Shown in pieces: positions 23,276 to 33,260 of a stretch of DNA of 64,000 bases; positions within the stretch are counted from its first letter, which is position 1, and each line of letters begins with the position of its first letter. The stretch is taken from NCBI GenBank assembly GCA_016842005.1, contig JAENYD010000008.1, positions 17,579-81,578 on the forward strand, read 5' to 3'. This stretch comes from Clostridium thermobutyricum (lineage in GTDB: Bacteria > Bacillota > Clostridia > Ch29). Made by a program: the position numbers and the translations under genes. The notes under the pieces are model-generated. The model was not told the DNA's origin. It searched no databases and saw only the letters and a list, made by a program, of their open reading frames with translations.

Positions 23276-23290
23276 CTCCCGGAGGAGGGA

Positions 23291-23902
23291 ATGAATATGG
23301 ATTTTGGAGACATTATCAAGTTTCTGGTGTTTATATATATCTTTGGGATATTACCCGCCCGCAAGAGAAAAGCAGCGAAAGAGAAGAACGAAAAAAAAGC
23401 CGGACGGGATATGAGGCCCAGAAGCCGAAAAGGTCGATTGGACAGTACAATGAATATGCCTTCCGGTAGAACCAAGCCGGATTATACCCGGGGATTGGAA
23501 GCACGGGAACCGGAAAAGATTGAAGAACCTCCGGTGAATCAGCAGGTGGACTGGCAGAAGGTGTACTCCTCTACGCTGGAAGGCGATGACGATAAGCAGC
23601 AGGTGGACTGGCAGAAAGTATATTCTTCGACCCTGGAAGGTGACGACGGCAAACAGCAGGTAGACTGGCAGCAGGTTTATACCGGTGAGAGCCAGAGGTC
23701 AGCCGGGGCGGATAAAAGGCCGGCAGCCATGCAGGAAAGGGAAGAGGAGAAGGTACAGATAGTGGCGGTGGAAAGAGATATGCCTGCATATGACCTGCGG
23801 CTTGGTTTCACGGGCAGGGATGATGTATTAAGAGGTATTATCATGGCGGAAATCATACAGCCTCCTGTTTCCCGGAGGCCGAACAAAAGGCGGTTCCTAT
23901 AG
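23291..23902 (+). CDS. YqfB-like protein with N-terminal TM helix, basic linker and tandem 19-aa QQVDWQKVYSSTLEGDD repeats
   Basis: Third gene of the nfeD-floA cluster. Three tandem 57-nt repeats lie at 23540..23690. Confidence 0.55.
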   Translation: MNMDFGDIIKFLVFIYIFGILPARKRKAAKEKNEKKAGRDMRPRSRKGRLDSTMNMPSGRTKPDYTRGLEAREPEKIEEPPVNQQVDWQKVYSSTLEGDDDKQQVDWQKVYSSTLEGDDGKQQVDWQQVYTGESQRSAGADKRPAAMQEREEEKVQIVAVERDMPAYDLRLGFTGRDDVLRGIIMAEIIQPPVSRRPNKRRFL

Positions 23903-23919
23903 GAATCGCCTTTTTGACT

Positions 23920-24600
23920 CTATTTGTTCATTTTGAATATGAAATATCCCATAGCTCCTACGGCAAGGAGCTGGGCTGCAAAGTACATGAAAATCCTGGC
24001 GGCCATGGCACCGAAGAACTCTAGGGGGTACATGTTGATAAGGAGGTCGGTATCAGGGTCCAGGAGCCACATATCGTTTGTAAACAATACTTCATGAAAA
24101 ATGGTGAAGTAATTGTAGAAATCGGTATTTATCAGTAATAAGAGGGGGATAAGAATCACCAGCATTGTAACCGAGCTGAAAAAAAAGGCTTTTCCGAGGT
24201 TTTTCTTCCGGCCTTTATCCGTAATTACCATAAAAACTGCCGAGACAACCAGAAGAAGGAAAGATAGGTTTCTTACCGTATAACCTGTCCTGAAAAGAGA
24301 CCTCACGTCTTCCATATGGCGGAGCTCTTTTGTATTGAAAAGGACTTTTTCTCTTCCATCAGCTATCATTGAGTTATAAATGGTGTCTGTCCCGCCTTTC
24401 AGGTATTCCAGTAGGTTACGGCTTATCCTCAGGTATTCGGGCTTTGTCAGGCGGGTTGTACTTCCAAGATTGTAGCTGTCAAAGGCTTTGCTGTAATTGT
24501 TTATATCAAAAGCAGCGAACTGTACTGCTGTCAGCAATAAGCTGCCAAGCAGACTGACGGAAATCAGGAATGCAAGAATCAACCATGACCTTTTATTCAT
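23920..24600 (-). CDS. integral membrane protein, hypothetical (possibly TIGR01906/DUF1461-like)
   Basis: 226 aa with four or more TM helices. The only minus-strand gene in this stretch, arranged divergent to yqfC. Confidence 0.45.
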   Translation of the reverse strand: MNKRSWLILAFLISVSLLGSLLLTAVQFAAFDINNYSKAFDSYNLGSTTRLTKPEYLRISRNLLEYLKGGTDTIYNSMIADGREKVLFNTKELRHMEDVRSLFRTGYTVRNLSFLLLVVSAVFMVITDKGRKKNLGKAFFFSSVTMLVILIPLLLLINTDFYNYFTIFHEVLFTNDMWLLDPDTDLLINMYPLEFFGAMAARIFMYFAAQLLAVGAMGYFIFKMNK

Positions 24601-24698
24601 AATGCAACCTCCCGAGCGTTATCATGCAATAGTATAGCATACTTAATTGTTATTAACCAGCAGGTTCCAGCATAGATTTAATACAAGGAGGGCGGCTT

Positions 24699-24977
24699 AT
24701 GAAAAATCAGGTGGATTACGTCAAAAAAGGTATTTCGGATATTCTGGAACTTCCAGGGGACATAGTACTGGATCTGCCCAAGATTACGATGGTGGGCAAT
24801 CTTCAGCTTTATATAGAAAATCACAAAGGTATTATTGAGTACTCGGCCGGCACTATTCGTGTAAATACCAGGGCGGGGCTGCTGGTTGTCAAGGGCGACA
24901 GGCTGGTAATAAAATCGATAGAAGTGGAGGAAGTACTGATTACAGGAGAAATAGAGAAAGTTGAGTTTGTGCAGTAG
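24699..24977 (+). CDS. yqfC: sporulation protein YqfC
   Basis: 92 aa YqfC family (LPGDIVLDLPKITMVGNLQLYIENHKGI). Confidence 0.85.
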   Translation: MKNQVDYVKKGISDILELPGDIVLDLPKITMVGNLQLYIENHKGIIEYSAGTIRVNTRAGLLVVKGDRLVIKSIEVEEVLITGEIEKVEFVQ

Positions 24978-24989
24978 GAGGGGTAAGGG

Positions 24990-26192
24990 ATGCTGGTTAT
25001 AAGGACTTGGAATTTTTTGAGGGGTTACGTTATAATAGGAGTGGAAGGATTAAATCTGGAAAGATTTATCAACCTTTCGGTTGCGAAAGGTATTTACCTG
25101 TGGGATGTTAAAAAAGTAAGTTATTCGGTTATCCAGACGAAGGTTAGCATCAGAGGTTACAAACTGCTCCGGCAGGTAATGAAAAAAGTCAACTGCAAGG
25201 TTTACATTGTCGAGAAACGGGGTTTCCCCTTCCTGCTGCACAGGATTATGAGAAGGAAATCACTGGTGGCGGGGGGTATCGCTGCATTACTGGCAATGTA
25301 CATTCTTACTTCTTTTATATGGGTTGTTGAAGTGAAAGGGAACCAGGAGATATCGCAGGATAGAATCATCGAGGAGTTAGAGAACCTCGGACTTGAGCCG
25401 GGGGTTTTTAAATATTCCCTTGATACCGATGATATTGAGACAAAACTCATTATAAAGATGGACCGTATTGCATGGGTGGGAATAAATATAGTCGGCACAA
25501 AAGCTGTAGTGGATGTAGTTGAAAGGGTGGAACCACCTTCCCTCCTTTCCAAGGAAACCCCGTGCAACGTTGTGGCATCAAGGGATGGAATAATAACTAA
25601 CATATTCGTCTTTGAGGGGGAGCCTGCCGTTAAGGAAGGAGATACGGTCAAAGCAGGACAGGTCCTTATAACGGGTATAGTGGAGAAACCGGGCATGCCT
25701 GTACGTTTTGTGCATGCAATGGGAAAGGTCCAGGCAAGGACCTGGTACCAGGCTTATGAAGTGCAGCCCCTGAAAATTGAAAAAAGGGAGAGAACCGGGG
25801 CGGTACAGGAAAAGGTAAGACTGCAGCTGGGGAAATACTCTGTGTACATTACTCCCGGTAAGGTAAGTTTTGAGGAGTATGACATAATTACCCGGAGTAA
25901 AAATTCTGCCCGATGGAGGAATATTATCATACCCGTAGAATTAGTTATAGAAAAATACTATGAGGTGAAAGTAAAGGAAGAAAGGCTTTCGGAATTTGAA
26001 GCCCGCCAGCTGGCCGTAAGGAAGATAGAGCAGAAACTGGAGGAGATGATACCTGAAGATGCTGAGCGGGTGGATAAAAGTGTTAAATATTACGAAGAAG
26101 ATAGTGAAAGAATAAGGGTGGAAGTGATACTGGAAACTCTAGAAGATATTGGGATAGAAGAACGGATTAATGTAACTAACAGGGAGGATTAA
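24990..26192 (+). CDS. yqfD: sporulation protein YqfD
   Basis: 400 aa YqfD family, membrane anchored. The yqfC-yqfD-phoH order is conserved. Confidence 0.85.
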   Translation: MLVIRTWNFLRGYVIIGVEGLNLERFINLSVAKGIYLWDVKKVSYSVIQTKVSIRGYKLLRQVMKKVNCKVYIVEKRGFPFLLHRIMRRKSLVAGGIAALLAMYILTSFIWVVEVKGNQEISQDRIIEELENLGLEPGVFKYSLDTDDIETKLIIKMDRIAWVGINIVGTKAVVDVVERVEPPSLLSKETPCNVVASRDGIITNIFVFEGEPAVKEGDTVKAGQVLITGIVEKPGMPVRFVHAMGKVQARTWYQAYEVQPLKIEKRERTGAVQEKVRLQLGKYSVYITPGKVSFEEYDIITRSKNSARWRNIIIPVELVIEKYYEVKVKEERLSEFEARQLAVRKIEQKLEEMIPEDAERVDKSVKYYEEDSERIRVEVILETLEDIGIEERINVTNRED

Positions 26193-26195
26193 ATT

Positions 26196-27185
26196 TTGAA
26201 CAATCGGATGGGAGAAATCAGTATCGGAATAAACGATTTTCGGCATATGGCAGAACTTTTTGGCAATTTTGATGAAAACATAAAGATAATAGAAGACAGC
26301 TTTAACGTAAAGATCATTGCAAGGAACAACGAATTAAAGATACAGGGCAGGGAGGAAGATATCCGGAGAACAGAAAAGCTTGTAAAAAATCTGCTGGAGA
26401 TGGTTGCAAGGGGTGAGAAACTGAACCCCCAGAGTATAAGTTATTCAATAGGTCTTGTTATGGCTGGGAAGGAGCAGAAAATCAAGGATCTGGTAAATGA
26501 TATCCTCTGCATAACCCACAAGGGAAAACAGATTAAGAGCAAGACCCTGGGACAGAAAAAATATGTGGAAGCTATGAAGAGAAACGATATTGTATTTTCC
26601 ATAGGTCCCGCCGGTACAGGGAAGACCTATCTGGCTATTGCAATGGCAGTCAGGGCGATGAAAAACAGGGAAATCAGCCGGATAATACTGACACGGCCGG
26701 CGGTGGAGGCAGGAGAAAAACTGGGATTTTTGCCCGGTGACCTGCAGGATAAGGTGGACCCTTACCTGAGACCTCTGTATGATGCCCTTTATGATATCCT
26801 GGGAGGAGAAACATATATCAAATATAAAGAGAGAGGGGTCATTGAAGTTGCACCCCTTGCTTATATGAGGGGACGCACCCTGGATGATTCCTATATTATA
26901 CTGGACGAAGCACAGAACACAACCCCTGAGCAGATGAAAATGTTTCTGACCCGGATGGGTTTCGGATCCAAGATAGTGGTCACCGGTGATATAACGCAGA
27001 TAGACCTTCCCACGGGGAAACATTCCGGATTGATAGAAGTTACAAGGATTTTGAAAGACATACGGGGACTGGAGTTTGTTTACCTTACCGATGAGGATGT
27101 TGTAAGGCATAATATTGTTCAGAAGATAATACTGGCCTATGAGAAGTACTCCAGGGAAAACGGCGGTGACAAACGCAGGGATTAG
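26196..27185 (+). CDS. phoH: PhoH-like ATPase
   Basis: Walker A motif GPAGTGKT and the PhoH family core. TTG start. Confidence 0.9.
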   Translation: MNNRMGEISIGINDFRHMAELFGNFDENIKIIEDSFNVKIIARNNELKIQGREEDIRRTEKLVKNLLEMVARGEKLNPQSISYSIGLVMAGKEQKIKDLVNDILCITHKGKQIKSKTLGQKKYVEAMKRNDIVFSIGPAGTGKTYLAIAMAVRAMKNREISRIILTRPAVEAGEKLGFLPGDLQDKVDPYLRPLYDALYDILGGETYIKYKERGVIEVAPLAYMRGRTLDDSYIILDEAQNTTPEQMKMFLTRMGFGSKIVVTGDITQIDLPTGKHSGLIEVTRILKDIRGLEFVYLTDEDVVRHNIVQKIILAYEKYSRENGGDKRRD

Positions 27186-27196
27186 GGGGAAACTTA

Positions 27197-29332
27197 ATGA
27201 ATGGGTTGAAACGTCTGGCAAGATGGATAAAGGGTTTGCGGGTTTTTGATTTTCTGCGAAGAGATAAAGTAAAGAGGGCTATTATTGCAACAGTTATCTA
27301 TTTAGCGGCACTGATACTGGTGCTGATGGGGGTTATGCCCCAGAGATACAACCTTAAGGCTGGGGATGTAGCGCCGGTTAATATTATTGCTCCCAAAGAT
27401 ATTGTAGACAGGGTGGAAACTGAAAAACTTATAGAGCGGGCAAGGGAATCGGTCAAGGTGATATATACCAGAGACCATACCATACCCATTAAAGTGAAGA
27501 GCAGTATAGAAGAATTTTTTCATCTGGTTGCCGAAGTCAGAAGTCAGCCGGATATATCCGTCCAGGAGAAGATAAACAGATTAAGGCAGAATTCTGCCAT
27601 ACAGCTGGAAGACAAGGATTATGAAACATGTCTGCAGGCTTCGGAAGATGAACTGAGCAGTCTGAAACAGAATATTCTTGATGTTACCAATCAGATAATG
27701 AGCGTAGGTGTTACCCCGGACGCTCTTGACCGTTCCCGCAGGGAAGCAGGGGATTTCTTCAGCAAGCAGGCCATAAGACAGGGCCTGAAGGACCTGGGAT
27801 ACAACCTGTCTTCGAAGGTGATAAGACCCAATATGCTGCCGGATACCGAGGGGACCCAGAAGGATATTGACATTGCTGTCAGTCAGGTTGAACCTGTCGT
27901 GATACACAAAGGCCAGAACATAGTCTCCAGGGGGGAAGGGATAACCGAGGCCCATATAGAACTGTTGAAAGCCTCAGGCCTGCTGAAAGAAGGACTGATA
28001 GATATCAGACTTGCAGGGGGCTATGCGCTGCTGGTTTTCGTGCTGCAATTGCTCACGGTTCTCTATATAAGGCATTTTCATAACAGGATATATGAAAATA
28101 CCGGCAATCTGCTGCTGATTGGTCTGATAACGGTAATGGTGCTATTTATCAGCCTGGGGATAAATGTGATTTCCAGCTATCTGATACCCACTGCTGCCAT
28201 ACCGATGCTGATAGCCGTGCTGCTGGACCCGAGGGTGGCAGTTATGGTCAATTTTGCAATGGCGGTACTGGTGGGCCTGATGGCGGGAAGCAATGACATA
28301 TCCGTCATGATTGTCGCCATGACTGGAGGACTGGTAGGTGCACTGAAGATGATGGGGTCAAACCAGAGGAGGGACCTGTTCATTTCAGGTATACTGGTCG
28401 GTGTGAGCAATGCCATTGTAATTCTGAGCACAGGGTTGCTTATGGGCAGGGGCCTGCTTGACATAACTGTGCAGAGCTCCTGGGGGCTGCTGAACGGGGG
28501 TTTTGCCGCAGTACTCACCATTGGAACCCTTCCCATATGGGAGAACCTGTTTGATATAATAACCCCTTTGAAGCTTATGGAACTGGCAAATCCCAATCAA
28601 CCCCTTTTGAAGGAACTCCTGCTCAAGGCCCCGGGAACGTATCATCACAGCATAATTGTAGGTAACCTTGCAGAATATGCTGCCCAGGAAATCGGGGCAA
28701 ATGCCCTTCTGGCAAGGGTAGGCGCTTATTACCACGATATAGGGAAGATAAGAAGACCCTATTTCTTTAATGAAAACCAGATGATTTCGGACAACCCCCA
28801 TGATAAAATAACCCCCAGCTTGAGTACCCTTATCATAACCTCCCATGTTAAAGACGGGGTGGAAATGGCGGAAAAGCACAGAATACCTGTTGCGGTAAGG
28901 GACATTATCAGGCAGCACCATGGAGACTCACTGCTTGTTTACTTTTACCATAAGGCCAGGCAGGGGGAAAATTCCCATAAGGTAACCGAGGACAGTTTCA
29001 GATATGAAGGGCCCAGGCCCCAGACAAGGGAAGCAGCCATAGTAATGCTTGCAGACTGTGTCGAGGCTGCGGTCAGGGCTATGACGGACCACAGTGCGGG
29101 AAAGATGGAAGGGCATATAAGGAAGATTATTAAAGAGCGGCTGGATAACGGACAACTGGATGAATGTGACCTGACCCTGAAAGATCTGGATATCATCGCC
29201 AATGCCTTTTCCAGTATTCTGGGCGGTATTTTTCACCAGAGAATTGAGTACCCGGAGATAAACGGACAATCGGAGGGCTTGAAAAAAGATGACGGTACTG
29301 ATAGAAAACAGACAAAAATCCATAGTGATTAA
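27197..29332 (+). CDS. pgpH: 7TM-receptor HD hydrolase PgpH (cyclic-di-AMP phosphodiesterase, YqfF)
   Basis: Extracellular N-domain, 7TM region and a C-terminal HD domain (HHSIIVGNLAEYAA...YYHDIGK). Confidence 0.85.
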   Translation: MNGLKRLARWIKGLRVFDFLRRDKVKRAIIATVIYLAALILVLMGVMPQRYNLKAGDVAPVNIIAPKDIVDRVETEKLIERARESVKVIYTRDHTIPIKVKSSIEEFFHLVAEVRSQPDISVQEKINRLRQNSAIQLEDKDYETCLQASEDELSSLKQNILDVTNQIMSVGVTPDALDRSRREAGDFFSKQAIRQGLKDLGYNLSSKVIRPNMLPDTEGTQKDIDIAVSQVEPVVIHKGQNIVSRGEGITEAHIELLKASGLLKEGLIDIRLAGGYALLVFVLQLLTVLYIRHFHNRIYENTGNLLLIGLITVMVLFISLGINVISSYLIPTAAIPMLIAVLLDPRVAVMVNFAMAVLVGLMAGSNDISVMIVAMTGGLVGALKMMGSNQRRDLFISGILVGVSNAIVILSTGLLMGRGLLDITVQSSWGLLNGGFAAVLTIGTLPIWENLFDIITPLKLMELANPNQPLLKELLLKAPGTYHHSIIVGNLAEYAAQEIGANALLARVGAYYHDIGKIRRPYFFNENQMISDNPHDKITPSLSTLIITSHVKDGVEMAEKHRIPVAVRDIIRQHHGDSLLVYFYHKARQGENSHKVTEDSFRYEGPRPQTREAAIVMLADCVEAAVRAMTDHSAGKMEGHIRKIIKERLDNGQLDECDLTLKDLDIIANAFSSILGGIFHQRIEYPEINGQSEGLKKDDGTDRKQTKIHSD

Positions 29333-29771
29333 GGATGACATTTTAAGCTTGATAAGGAAGGTTGCCGGTACCAGTGTGGAACTGGAGCAACTGCCCTATG
29401 ACTGCGAGGTAAGCGTAATACTGGCGGATGATGAGGGCATCAGGGAGCTTAACAGGGAATACAGAGGAAGGGATGTTCCTACCGATGTACTGTCCTTTTC
29501 AATGGTTGAAGGGGAAGAAGTGGTTGATGTTAATGAAGATGGGGAAGCTATTATCGGGGATATAATCATATCAATGGAAAGGGCACGGGAGCAGGCGGAG
29601 GAGTATGGGCATTCCATGGAAAGGGAAGTGGCCTACCTCACTGTTCACGGAGTACTTCACCTTCTCGGATATGACCACATGGAAGAAAATGACAAGGAAA
29701 TAATGAGAAAACGGGAGGAGGAAATCCTTGAGCTGCTGGGACTAAAGCGCCGTTCAGCTGAAGGTATCTGA
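29289..29771 (+). CDS. ybeY: rRNA maturation endoribonuclease YbeY
   Basis: Zinc-binding motif HGVLHLLGYDH. Overlaps the pgpH 3' end by 44 nt. Confidence 0.9.
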   Translation: MTVLIENRQKSIVIKDDILSLIRKVAGTSVELEQLPYDCEVSVILADDEGIRELNREYRGRDVPTDVLSFSMVEGEEVVDVNEDGEAIIGDIIISMERAREQAEEYGHSMEREVAYLTVHGVLHLLGYDHMEENDKEIMRKREEEILELLGLKRRSAEGI

Positions 29772-29772
29772 T

Positions 29773-30468
29773 TTGAAAGGACGCAGGGTAATAGAGAGCT
29801 TCAATAACGCCATATCCGGTGTGATATATTCCCTGAAAACCCAGAGAAATATGAGAATTCACTTTGCAGTGGCCATAGCCGTACTGCTGGTAAGCCTTTT
29901 TATGGATTTCAGCAGGCTGGAGCTGCTCCTGCTGTTCTTCACCATTTCTCTCATCCTTGTTACAGAGATGATAAATACTTCCATAGAAACAACCATAGAC
30001 CTTATAACCGACAGATATCATCCCCTGGCCAGGATCGCAAAGAATGTGGCGGCCGGGGCTGTGCTCATATCTGCATTGAATGCCATAGTGGTGGCATATC
30101 TGTTGTTTTTCGACAGATTAAATCCCCTGACCCTGTCAGTACTGGTGAGGGTAAGACAGAGTCCCGCCCACGTCACGTTTATCAGCCTTATACTGGTGAT
30201 CCTGACAGTGGTGGTGATTAAAGCCTTCACCGGCGATGGTACCCCTTTGAAGGGGGGCATGCCGAGCGGGCACAGTGCTGTGGCTTTCAGCATAGTCACC
30301 GCCGTAGCTTTTATTTCTCATGATATCTTTGCCTTAACCCTCACATTCCTCCTGGCCCTTCTGGTCATGCAGAGCAGAATAGAATCAAAAATTCATACCA
30401 CCTTTGAAACAATTATTGGGGCGGTTCTGGGTATAATTATTACTGTACTGATATTTCAACTGATGTAG
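29773..30468 (+). CDS. dgkA: fusion protein: DgkA-family lipid kinase (undecaprenol/diacylglycerol kinase) N-domain plus PAP2 phosphatase C-domain
   Basis: Residues 1-~115 are DgkA-like (three TM helices, EMINTSIE). Residues ~120-231 carry PAP2 motifs PSGHS and SRxxxxxHxxxE (SRIESKIHTTFE). Confidence 0.75.
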   Translation: MKGRRVIESFNNAISGVIYSLKTQRNMRIHFAVAIAVLLVSLFMDFSRLELLLLFFTISLILVTEMINTSIETTIDLITDRYHPLARIAKNVAAGAVLISALNAIVVAYLLFFDRLNPLTLSVLVRVRQSPAHVTFISLILVILTVVVIKAFTGDGTPLKGGMPSGHSAVAFSIVTAVAFISHDIFALTLTFLLALLVMQSRIESKIHTTFETIIGAVLGIIITVLIFQLM

Positions 30469-30487
30469 AAAACAGGAGGAGAATAGT

Positions 30488-31759
30488 TTGACGGTTTATG
30501 CGGTAGTGTTAAGGATAGCTCTGCTGGCCTTTCTTCTGTTCATGTCGGGATTTTTTTCCGCCTCCGAAACGGCCCTGACATCCTTAAATCATATAAAAGT
30601 AAAGCAGATGCAGCAGAAAAAGGTCAGGGGAGCGGATGTCATTGCACGGCTGGCGGACAGGTCCAGCAGGATTCTTTCCGTCACACTGCTGGGAAATAAT
30701 CTTGCCAATACTGCTGCAACAGCCATTGCGGCCGAATTCATAGTACGTCTTATGGGAGGCGCAGGGGGTACCGTACTGGTAACATTTATAATGACTGCCA
30801 TGATACTCATATTCGGTGAAATAACCCCTAAAACCTATGCCAGTCATAATGGGGAAAAGGTGGCTTTGAAGGTGGGACGGAGTCTTCTTGTTATCAGTAC
30901 AGTACTGTATCCCTTTCTGAAGGCTTTAAACTATATAACAACGGGAGTTATCCGGGTGTTCGGAGGCGAGGTGAAATCAGGGTTGCCCTTTGTGACCGAA
31001 GAGGAGATAAGGACTCTGGTAAAAGTGGGGCATGAGGAAGGCATAATCCACCAGCAGGAAAGCAGGATGATAGATAATATCTTTGAGTTTGATGATACCT
31101 GCGTCATAGAGGTAATGGTGCCCAGGATAGATATTGTAGCCGTACATATCTCCTGTCCTCTCAGGGATGTGATAAAGAAAGCCAAAGATACTGGATTTTC
31201 CCGGTTGCCGGTTTACGAAGACAGTATTGACAATATAGTAGGCGTGCTTTATTCAAAGGACCTGCTTGATTATGCATGTTCGGGTAAAGAGGACTTTGAT
31301 GCAGGAAAGTTGATGAGAGAAGCCTATTATGTGCCTGAGAGCAAAAAACTCAACCAGCTGCTTATGGAAATGAAAATAGGGAAATTTCATATGGCTGTTG
31401 TCCTGGATGAATATGGCGGTACTGCGGGACTGGTGACTATTGAAGACATAGTGGAAGAAATTGTGGGAGAGATAAGGGATGAATATGATGCAGAGGAATC
31501 CTATATAATAGACAATAGTGACGAGACCTTGACGGTTTACGGTATGGCAGCCGTGGATGAACTTAAAGAGGATTTCGGGCTGGAACTTCCCGATGAGGGG
31601 TTTGAGACCCTTGGAGGGCTGGTGTTCAATAAACTGGGGAGATTGCCCAGGGTGGGGGACCGGATAAGGTTCGGGAAAGTCATAATAGAGGTGACGGGGA
31701 TAGATGGACGAAGAATTGTAAAAATGAAGATATTCAAGCATAATAAAGGAGAGAACTAG
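30488..31759 (+). CDS. HlyC/CorC family transporter (DUF21-CBS pair-CorC_HlyC)
   Basis: 423 aa with an N-terminal DUF21 membrane domain, two CBS domains and a transporter-associated C-domain. TTG start follows an AGGAGGAG RBS. Confidence 0.85.
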   Translation: MTVYAVVLRIALLAFLLFMSGFFSASETALTSLNHIKVKQMQQKKVRGADVIARLADRSSRILSVTLLGNNLANTAATAIAAEFIVRLMGGAGGTVLVTFIMTAMILIFGEITPKTYASHNGEKVALKVGRSLLVISTVLYPFLKALNYITTGVIRVFGGEVKSGLPFVTEEEIRTLVKVGHEEGIIHQQESRMIDNIFEFDDTCVIEVMVPRIDIVAVHISCPLRDVIKKAKDTGFSRLPVYEDSIDNIVGVLYSKDLLDYACSGKEDFDAGKLMREAYYVPESKKLNQLLMEMKIGKFHMAVVLDEYGGTAGLVTIEDIVEEIVGEIRDEYDAEESYIIDNSDETLTVYGMAAVDELKEDFGLELPDEGFETLGGLVFNKLGRLPRVGDRIRFGKVIIEVTGIDGRRIVKMKIFKHNKGEN

Positions 31760-31762
31760 GAT

Positions 31763-32842
31763 ATGATAACCAGGAGAAATATTTGTTTGTTTATGGTATT
31801 TATAGTAGTATTTATAGAGGCATTAGCACTGACAGCCTGTAGCAAACCGGTCGATGTACCCCCTGCGGTGGAGGAGGAAAAGGCGGCGGATGAAGGGGAA
31901 GCAGTAGTATCTGAGGAAGAAACAACTGAAGGAAAGGATATGGTGGATGGTCTTGTCTGTCCCCTGTGTGGAGAGGAAGTTCAAGAAGAAAGCCTGTATG
32001 AAAGACCGGTGGCCGTAATGCTTGACAATCACAGTGCGGCAAGGCCCCAGGCGGGACTGGATCAGGCAGATGTTGTATATGAGATTCTGGCTGAAGGCAA
32101 TATAACCAGGTATATGGCCGTGTACATGCATGATAACGGGGAAATCGTCGGACCTGTCAGAAGTGCGAGGAGATATTTTATCGACAAAGCCATGGAACAT
32201 GATGCCATCTACCTGCACGCCGGAGGAAGTCCGGAGGCATGGGAGGATATAGCAAGCCTGAAGATACCGTCCCTGGATGCAATGTCACTGGGGCACCCTG
32301 TATACTGGAGAGAAAACCACAGAAAAATGCCCCATAATATTTACGGTAACCTCAGTGAAGCACGGAAGATGGCCTCCAATAAAGGTTACAGGGAAAGCAC
32401 CCAGGCAAAGGTATTCTCATTCAACCACGAAGATATGCCGCCGGAAGGCCAGCAGGCAGCGGCTGTCAGAATACTGTACCCCCCGGACTACAGGGTATCC
32501 TACCGCTATTCTCCGGAGGAGGGGGTTTATTTCAGGTATGTAATGGATAAGCCCCATACGGATGAGAACAATAAAGACCTCCACCTGACAGCAAAGAACA
32601 TTATAATCCAGAAAGCCGTCCACAAGGTGCTTGACAGCGAGGGACGGAGGAGAATTGATCTGGTGGGCAAAGGAGAGGGTATGTACATAAGTGACGGGCA
32701 ATATGTGCCCTTGACCTGGAAAAAGGACGGCAGAAAAGATGCAACAGAGTTTTATCTTGAAAACGGCGAGCAACTGAAACTGAATCCCGGCAAGACATGG
32801 GTTCAGGTTATTCCCATGAATGCTTCGGTTTCTTTTGAGTAG
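31763..32842 (+). CDS. DUF3048 domain lipoprotein (YerB-like)
   Basis: Signal peptide with an LTAC lipobox. Core RPVAVMLDNHSAARPQAGLDQADVVYEILAEGNITRYMAVY is typical of DUF3048. Confidence 0.65.
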   Translation: MITRRNICLFMVFIVVFIEALALTACSKPVDVPPAVEEEKAADEGEAVVSEEETTEGKDMVDGLVCPLCGEEVQEESLYERPVAVMLDNHSAARPQAGLDQADVVYEILAEGNITRYMAVYMHDNGEIVGPVRSARRYFIDKAMEHDAIYLHAGGSPEAWEDIASLKIPSLDAMSLGHPVYWRENHRKMPHNIYGNLSEARKMASNKGYRESTQAKVFSFNHEDMPPEGQQAAAVRILYPPDYRVSYRYSPEEGVYFRYVMDKPHTDENNKDLHLTAKNIIIQKAVHKVLDSEGRRRIDLVGKGEGMYISDGQYVPLTWKKDGRKDATEFYLENGEQLKLNPGKTWVQVIPMNASVSFE

Positions 32843-32853
32843 GGGGTGAGTTT

Positions 32854-33249
32854 GTGGATTACCGGGAACTGTTGAAAAAGGCAAAGGATGCGAAGGAAAA
32901 CGCATATGCGCCTTACTCCGGCTTCAGGGTGGGGGCAGCCTTGCTGACTGCGGAAGGCAGGATTTATACCGGGTGCAATGTGGAGAACGCCTCATACGGC
33001 GCTGCAATTTGTGCGGAAAGGGCGGCCATTTCCTGTGCTGTTTCCAGGGGGGAGAGGCGCTTTGAAGCCATTGCAATAGAAAGTAACGGGGAAGGCGGGA
33101 CTTTTCCCTGCGGTATCTGCAGACAGGTGATTGCTGAATTCGGACCGGATATAAAGGTTATAGTGGGAAAGGCTGACGGTGACTTCAGGATATACGAAAT
33201 AAGGGACCTGATACCCCATGCCTTTACTGCTGCGGACATAATAAAATAA
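32854..33249 (+). CDS. cdd: cytidine deaminase
   Basis: 131 aa with zinc ligands CAERAA and PCGICRQ. GTG start follows a GGGGGTGAG RBS. Confidence 0.9.
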   Translation: MDYRELLKKAKDAKENAYAPYSGFRVGAALLTAEGRIYTGCNVENASYGAAICAERAAISCAVSRGERRFEAIAIESNGEGGTFPCGICRQVIAEFGPDIKVIVGKADGDFRIYEIRDLIPHAFTAADIIK

Positions 33250-33260
33250 ATATTGGGAGG

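Noticed and set aside
24647-24838. 63-aa ORF overlapping the yqfC start
   Set aside because: Out of frame with the well-supported yqfC, Arg/Gly/Ser-rich, no RBS.
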